From Octopus vulgaris (Eukaryota): a stretch of DNA of 64,000 nucleotides. Each line of letters opens with the position of its first letter. The stretch's first letter is position 1. Below the pieces are notes generated by a model. The model was not told the origin of the DNA and made no database searches. It saw only the letters and a program-made list of their open reading frames with translations. Shown here one piece after another: positions 56,543 through 64,000 of the stretch. The position numbers were made by a program, and so were the translations under genes. The DNA lies in NCBI GenBank assembly GCA_951406725.2, contig OX597826.1, positions 62,000,001-62,064,000 on the forward strand, read 5' to 3'.

Positions 56543-57180
56543 TAAATATTTCGTAAAGGAACCGTTCGTACCTCGGTGTGAAATAATTTTTTCCACAAGT
56601 TTTTTCGAATGCATTCAACGTATCTGACCACAAAACGCACTGCACACCATTTTATTTTCGGAAAAGGCAGGGGTGGTGGTGACCTAGGAGTTTCAAGGGA
56701 AACTCCGAATTTCCCACCAAGGGATTTAGTTTCGCGGAATTTCTTCTTTTCCAGGTTATTTCGCATGCTTTCAAGGAAGTGACATCCAAATCACGCGTAA
56801 ACTGCTCCTTTTCCCGGAAAAGGAAATATTTGGCTGCTATTTCTACTAAGCCCCGCTACCACGTAACAGCTATTTGTGATAAAGGACCCAAAGTATCTTT
56901 TACATGGTAGCAGAGCGTGCTCCTTTTCTGGGGAAAGGAGCCGTTTACGCGCGATTTCGATGTCACATTCGCTGAAAACATGCAAAATAACCTGGAAGAG
57001 AAAAACAAAACTCCGTTGGTGGGAAACTCTGAGGTCCTCACTACCTCTGTATCCTTTTCATTCCCGGAACAAAGTGGTTTGCGGCAGGTTTGGAGGTGAG
57101 ATACGTTGAATACACTCGAAAAACCCGTGGAAAAATTAATTTCACACCGAAGTACGAATGGATCATTTACGAAATATTTA
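56543..57180. repeat. Old inverted repeat (~270-bp diverged arms)
   Basis: aaatatttcgtaaa...ttcgtacctcggtgtgaaat versus atttcacaccgaagtacgaa...tttacgaaatattt, and gtgacatc..aatcacgcgtaaac versus gtttacgcgcgatttcgatgtcac. Confidence 0.85.
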
Positions 57181-57695
57181 TCCAAGATCGAGACAAGGCA
57201 TGCGAATAAAAGGATCGATGAGAATGATAAAGCAATGGCTGAGCGTCTGGTGAAACAGAGAAAAAGCGACACAAGCAAAGGAGATCAGGAATCGAACGCG
57301 CGGAGAGCGTGGGAAAGAGACAAAAGGCATCATGAATAGGATGTTCATGTGAATACAAACGGAATGAAACACGTTTTGCGTTAATCGGACCACGGGTTAC
57401 CGAGGATCACGGTTTTTTCGAGTACCTTTATAAATAGCTAAACCGGCGTATAATGGCGAAAATTCTTTGTAAGTAAGGTACTATTTAAATGTGAATACAA
57501 ACGGAATAACAAAAATTTCGTCTAACTCAGACCACGGATTCCGGAGATACGTGTTTTTTTTTCGGTGTGTGTGTGTGGGGGGATGCATGTGTTGGTGTGT
57601 TAGTGTGTGTATGTGTGTGTCTGCATAAAGACTAGTGCAAAATATAACGCCTGTTTCCTTCATTGTTGTTGTTATTATTATTATTATTATTATTG

Positions 57696-57922
57696 GAGAA
57701 GAAGACCCCCTTCGGTCATGAATGTTATCGAAGGAAAAGGCAAAGGCTGATACAGCTTGGCACCAGTGACGTCGGAACTCATTTTTACAGCTGAGTTAAC
57801 CGGAGCAACGTGAAATAAAGTGTCTTGCTCTAGAACACAATAAGAAGTCCGGTCCGGGAATCGAACTCACAACCCCACGATCGTAAGATCTACGCTCTAA
57901 ACACTGAGCCACGAGCCTTCAC
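57696..57922 (-). mobile_element. tRNA-derived CORE-type SINE (third family), internally deleted
   Basis: On the minus strand: A-box tggctcagtgtttag, B-box gagttcgattcc, then agcaagacacttt...cagct. Homolog at 62985-63505. Confidence 0.8.
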
Positions 57923-57931
57923 ATTATTTTC

Positions 57932-57970
<39 letters not shown>

Positions 57971-58066
57971 ATAAAACGGTAAGATAACAAAAGAAAGAAA
58001 GAGACCTCAATATTATCTAAATAGAGGAAATTTATTTATACAATATGTTACATTACTCGGTAGTCA

Positions 58067-58129
58067 AGATAAAACTCTGAGTTTCAGATGCCGAAGTGGA
58101 AATCCACAACACCATCTCTTCGGTTATCT
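58067..58129 (-). ncRNA. Hammerhead motif, U4C core variant (left arm)
   Basis: AGATAA-CCGAAGA-gatg..gtggatttccac..catc t-GAAA-ctcagag-TT-TTATCT. Confidence 0.65.
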
Positions 58130-58416
58130 GGCTATTTGAAAACGTTATGAAAAAATACCGTTAAAAATGAAGGGAAATTACTCTGTTATAACTCTGCTTT
58201 GTCTGCGTACTTATACATCGCTCGCATGCTTTCTGTGTTATGTCCCAAGAAGATTTTATATATTTTTATATATTTTTATATATTTTTATGTATTTTTATA
58301 TAATTTTTATGACGAAAAATGCGAGCGATGTATAAGTACGCAGGCAAAGCAGAGTTATAACAGAGTAATTTCCCTTCATTTTTAACGGTATTTTTTCATA
58401 ACGTTTTCAAATAGCC

Positions 58417-58479
58417 AGATAACCGAAGAGATGGTGTTGTGGATTTCCACTTCGGCATCTGAAACTCAGAGTTTTATCT
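58417..58479 (+). ncRNA. Hammerhead motif, U4C core variant (right arm)
   Basis: Identical inverted copy of 58067-58129. Confidence 0.65.
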
Positions 58480-58508
58480 CGACTACCGAGTAATGTAACA
58501 TATTGTAT

Positions 58509-58850
<342 letters not shown>

Positions 58851-60258
58851 TGAAATCAGATCTCTTATGTACAGTATAATTAGTACTAGACTTAAAAAAT
58901 AAGCACCTGTCTTTGATTTGTTCCACTAAACTCTTCAAGTCGGGTCCCCAGCATATTCACAGTGAAATTACAGAAACATATAAAAGAGAAATTCACCGAG
59001 CTTAAAAGGCACATCATTTTATTGAACACAGAATAGTTGACTTTCATGAGACTTAAGCTCACTGCACATAGAGTCACACAAAAAGGCCTAGCTATCTCCT
59101 ATATGCTTATTTTTATTTGATATTTATTTTGATTGCTTTTATTCTACAATAACGCGCAAATGGTTATGTACTGGTTTCTAATTTTGGCACGTGGTGGCAC
59201 GAGGTCAACAATTTCGTGGGAGGATCTACGTCGATTACATCAACCCCAGTGCTCAATTAGTACTTACTTTTTTGACTCTGAAATGCAAATTCATCCCTGG
59301 CGGGATTTGAACTTCGATCGTAAAGACAGACGAAATGATCCTAGGCATTTTTTCCAGTGTGCTAAGAATTCTGTATGCTCACCGCCTTGAACGAACGATA
59401 TATTGCTTTTAAATTTTGGCTTAAGGCCATCAGTTTCGGAGGAGAGTGTAAGTCAATTTCGTTGACACCAGTGCTAAACTGTTACTCAATTTATTTACCT
59501 CGAAAGGGATAAAAGGCGAAGTCAACTTTGACGGAATTGGAACTCAGAAAGTAGAGACTGTTATATATTAACAACTGAATAAATTAGTCACAACTGGAAT
59601 ATATATTAACGACTAAACTCACTTCAAATTATACCCATAGCCGAATAAAGAAAAATACTGAAGGGTTTGCCGGAACCAAACTCATAGAAACAAGTGACAG
59701 CATGAACACACCCTCTTCACTTCCAGATCCTTTAGGTGATTGATTGGCGGTATGTAGAAACACATTTGTCCAAATTGCATCTATCTTTGTGAATCGTGTT
59801 ACGCTTATTGTTCTTCAATAACAGTCGGCGATCCGTCCATGGACAACAAAAGCGCCTCGTGGAGACCATCTACGATTCTCAGGACAGTTTCGGGTCTTGA
59901 AATAAATTTAATATTCGTGCACGTTATATTATTCATTTATCAACGATTCATTTAATATTGTTCTTTTATTCTCTAACTAGAAAACTGGGATAAACGAAGA
60001 TATATTTTGATGTATATATATATTGATCATTGTGCGTTCAGATTTATATTTTTACAACAGAAGATTACAATAATATTAATTATATTCTACGTGATCTGAT
60101 TGTATTCTACCATATCTAACGCTTGGCAATATAGACCGCGGCAGAAATTTCGTATGATAGTAAAATTAAATGTAAAATATTATTCATAATCAAATATAAA
60201 TATAGATAGAAATAAATATATATGTCTGTACAACAATCTTTATATACCACTATCAACA

Positions 60259-60510
<252 letters not shown>

Positions 60511-60877
60511 TTTTATCTAGCTATGTACATCTGTGTGTGTCTTATGGCGTGGAGATATAATGTGCGCATACTTTGACATTTGTGTTTCATTTATCATAAA
60601 GCAGCCGTGGTTAGCATCTATTTTGCTTGAGAAGCAATTTCCATGGAAAACATCTGTCGCTATTTTTCGAAACAGATTTAGGCATAATTCTCATCTATTT
60701 AAATTGTATATTAAATATTATATTCTGTCAGCTAATCCTTCGATGTATGTATATAAATATACATATACACATACATCACACAAACATATACTTGGGGATT
60801 TTTTTGTGCATCTGTTACTCACTGTCTTCCTCTTTCATTCTGTTCCCTTCTCTTACCATTTCTCATTATGTATGTAT

Positions 60878-60923
<46 letters not shown>

Positions 60924-61239
60924 TGAATGTATACATATACGTATGTATACATACAAACACATGTATTTATATGTATGTGTTTGTACGTGTGTGTGTCAAT
61001 GTATGTATATATAAATACGTATATTTCATTTGTGCATTTTGCGTGTGTGTGTATATATATATATGCGCGTATAAAATATTCGTGTTACCGTGTGTACACA
61101 CACACATACACAGACACACATATATACATGCACATTCGAGCGTATGTAGATATATATGCACACATATATATTTATGTATTTATAGGTATGCAGATTTGTG
61201 TATATGTGTGTACGCGTGTTTGGATGTGTGTGTGTGTTT

Positions 61240-61275
<36 letters not shown>

Positions 61276-61452
61276 GCGCACGTGTGTATGCGTATACATA
61301 ACTACAGATAAATATATGCACGCATCACATACTTAAGTATTTATATATGATGTGTGAGTGTGGATGCGTATGCAACTGTTTTTCTGATGTATTATTTATA
61401 TACATACATACATACATACATACATACATACATACATACATACCTACATACA

Positions 61453-61487
<35 letters not shown>

Positions 61488-62338
61488 GCTAACATCAAAC
61501 GCTTTCTAAAATATTTCTTTATTGAACAGTAATTAAATATCAAAAAATTAGAAACTGAAACTTCAATAAACAACAAAACCAATAAATATGATAAATCCAA
61601 ACATAAAAACATAAACACTATCATTACAAATCAGCAAGAAATGTTATTTAAACATATGTGTACAAATAAAATCAGGACGGTTGTCAGCTGGTCCTATATT
61701 TTGTCCGTCACGAATAAAAAAGTGGCTGTTTCGCTTTCGGAGCGGTTTTAAACACAGAATTCAAAGTCGTGTAATTAAATACCGTATACTATTTTATTAA
61801 GTTTGATCGATTTAATCAACTGGGTCACTTACAAATAATTGTTTGTGATTTGAAGCATACGGTTTAGAAATCAATGACGGATGGTTTTAGCAGATACCGT
61901 CGAGTGGTATATACTCGATCGCAACTACTTTATCCTGATAGATAAAATGCAAAGCTGAGATCTGCAGTGTTCTCCTCAAGATGTAAGGGTCGGGAAGTTA
62001 TGATCTGAAGCATTTTTCCGATGCTCTGACTTTTCTGACATTTTGTTGCCTTCGTTTATTTAATAATACTTTCTAATTTTTGACAAAAGGTCAGCTGTTT
62101 TTTTTTTTGTTTTTTTTTTGGTGGTGGAAGTCGATAACAACAGCTCCTCCAATGGGCATCTGGTACTTACTTAGTCGTCCCTGAAAGGATGAAAGGAAAT
62201 GCCGACCGTGGTAAAATTGGAACTCAGAACATACGGTTTACTGAATAATAGTGAGTTTTGGCGGAAGGATAGGACACATTTTGTTTTTTGTATCTGGTTT
62301 GCAAGATTCTTTATGCGCATTCGTGTGTTGAAGCAAAT

Positions 62339-62610
62339 TATGTTGTGTCTAGGGAGAGTCACATTATCTTAATGCCTTATTATCTAACACACTCACCTGT
62401 TCAGTTTCCACTCATTTATTATTTATAATTTTCCTTCCAAAATTTTCGTTGATTTTGCTACCTTGTCAATGAACATCCATTGGCAAGGTTGCAAAAGCAA
62501 CGAAAATTTGGAAAGAAAAAAGGTAAATGATAAACAAGTGGAAATCAAACCGGTGAGTGTGTTAGATAATAAGGCATTAAGACAATGTGACTCTCGCCAG
62601 GCACAATATA
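62339..62610. repeat. Hairpin/MITE-like palindrome (~130-bp arms, 6-nt loop)
   Basis: gagagtcacatt.tcttaatgccttattatctaacacactcacc versus ggtgagtgtgttagataataaggcattaagacaatgtgactctc, with centre caatg-aacatc-cattg. Confidence 0.9.
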
Positions 62611-62984
62611 GGGCTCATATTTGGAACATAGTAAAGATAGTATTATCAATCTTGGGACTTGAGTATGAATTCACTTTAGCGAACTGAGAAAAATGAAAAA
62701 GCAAAGATAGACTTAACCACGTTTGAATGGAATTTCGAAAATAAGAGTAGTTACATATTTCAAGTTTGACTATGCATCTATCGACCTCCGTTCATTTCAT
62801 TATAATATCGATTCAATGTAGGCACACCACTTAATACATAAGTATAAGTGTTTGCCAGCCCAGTATTTGTTTTGGACATAATTTTCAGATTTAGCTGTCA
62901 GAGTTAGGGAGACCCACTGTGAGCTCTAGAATTTAAATAATAATACCCCGGCCCAGTCGGCTCACTTACACTCATCAGGTAGTC

Positions 62985-63505
62985 TGTTCGATTCGCGAAA
63001 CGGGTTGTGCGTTGTATTCTTGAGCAAGACACTTTATTTCACGTTGATCCAGTTTAATCAGCTGTAGAAATGAGTTGCGACGTCACTGGTACCAAACTTA
63101 TCGGCCTTTGCCTTTTCCTTGGATAACATCGGTGGCGTGTAGAGGTGAGGCTGGTATTCATGGGTGAGCTAGCAGAAACGTTAGCACGCCGGGCGAAATG
63201 CTTTGCGGTATTTCGTCTGCCGTTACGTTCTGAGTTCAAATTCCGCCGAGGTCGACTTTGCCTTTCATCCTTTCGGGGTCGATAAATTAAGTACCAGTTA
63301 CGCAGTGGGATCGATGTAATCGACTTAATCCGTTTGTCTGTCCTTGTTTGTCTCCTCTGTGTTTAGCCCCTTGTGGGTAGTAAAGAAATAGGTATTCATG
63401 GGCGACTGCTGGTTTTCTATAAACAATCTTGCTCGGATTTGTGCCTCGGAGGATAACTTCTATCTAGGGGCAATCACATAGTCATTCATGACCGAAGGGT
63501 GTCTT
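62985..63505 (+). mobile_element. CORE-type SINE with a nested Deu/Nin-like SINE (63163-63392)
   Basis: The 12-bp duplication ggtattcatggg at 63153-63164 and 63391-63402 flanks the inner SINE. Confidence 0.88.
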
Positions 63506-63594
63506 TACAAATCACCTTCAAAATCAGGAAAGAGACTTTCAGTAATATAGTCCCTCTATTTTATTTTTATTTGCTATTGCGGACTATCATATTA

Positions 63595-64000
63595 TATTCT
63601 TTTTTACTTCTTCCAGTTATTAGACTGTGGCCATTAGATACCACCTTGAAGAAGTTTAGTCAAACGAATCGACCCCATTATTTTATTGTTTTAATCATGG
63701 TACTTAATCTATCAGCTACTTTCGCTGAACCGCTAAATTACGGGGACATAAACACAGGTAGAAAGACCCCCCATATATATGTATGTCTGTATTGACATAC
63801 ATGTGTGCGTGTGTGTGTGTATGTGTGCATATATATATGCATATATATACATACGAAGAGCGTCTTCTAGTTTCTGTCTACCATATCCGCTCACCAGGCT
63901 TTAGTCTTGCCCCGAGGCTATAGTAGAAAACACTTGCCCAAGGTGCCACGCAGAGGGACTGAACCTGGAATCATGAGATGGAAGCAAGCTTCTTACCATA
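63595..64000 (-). mobile_element. Older copy of CORE-type SINE, running off the window
   Basis: acacttgcccaaggtgccacgcag.gggactgaacc and gaaccgctaa.ttacggggac. Confidence 0.85.

Overview
AT-rich, microsatellite-saturated eukaryotic DNA. The SINE repertoire strongly suggests an octopus (coleoid cephalopod) intronic or intergenic region; this is inferred from repeat recognition, not a database search. No host protein-coding gene can be supported, and nearly all ORFs in the track are translations of simple repeats. Real coding signal is limited to decayed transposons: mariner, Tc1, hAT, CR1, RTE, R4/Dong-like and HERO-like elements. The most interesting signal is a set of minimal type I hammerhead ribozyme (HHR) motifs with palindromic stem III. 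They lie about 45-130 nt from (TA)n tracts and often sit in the arms of long, near-perfect inverted repeats. The clearest case is a 2.7-kb foldback element at 30677-33375 whose 613-bp arms each carry a U3-A8 covariant HHR. The pattern points to non-autonomous Penelope-like or retrozyme-like elements associated with (TA)n. Also present: a 766-bp palindrome centred on (TA)n, a 28S rRNA fragment, a Helitron-like element with a 144-bp tandem array, and several nested insertions with target-site duplications.
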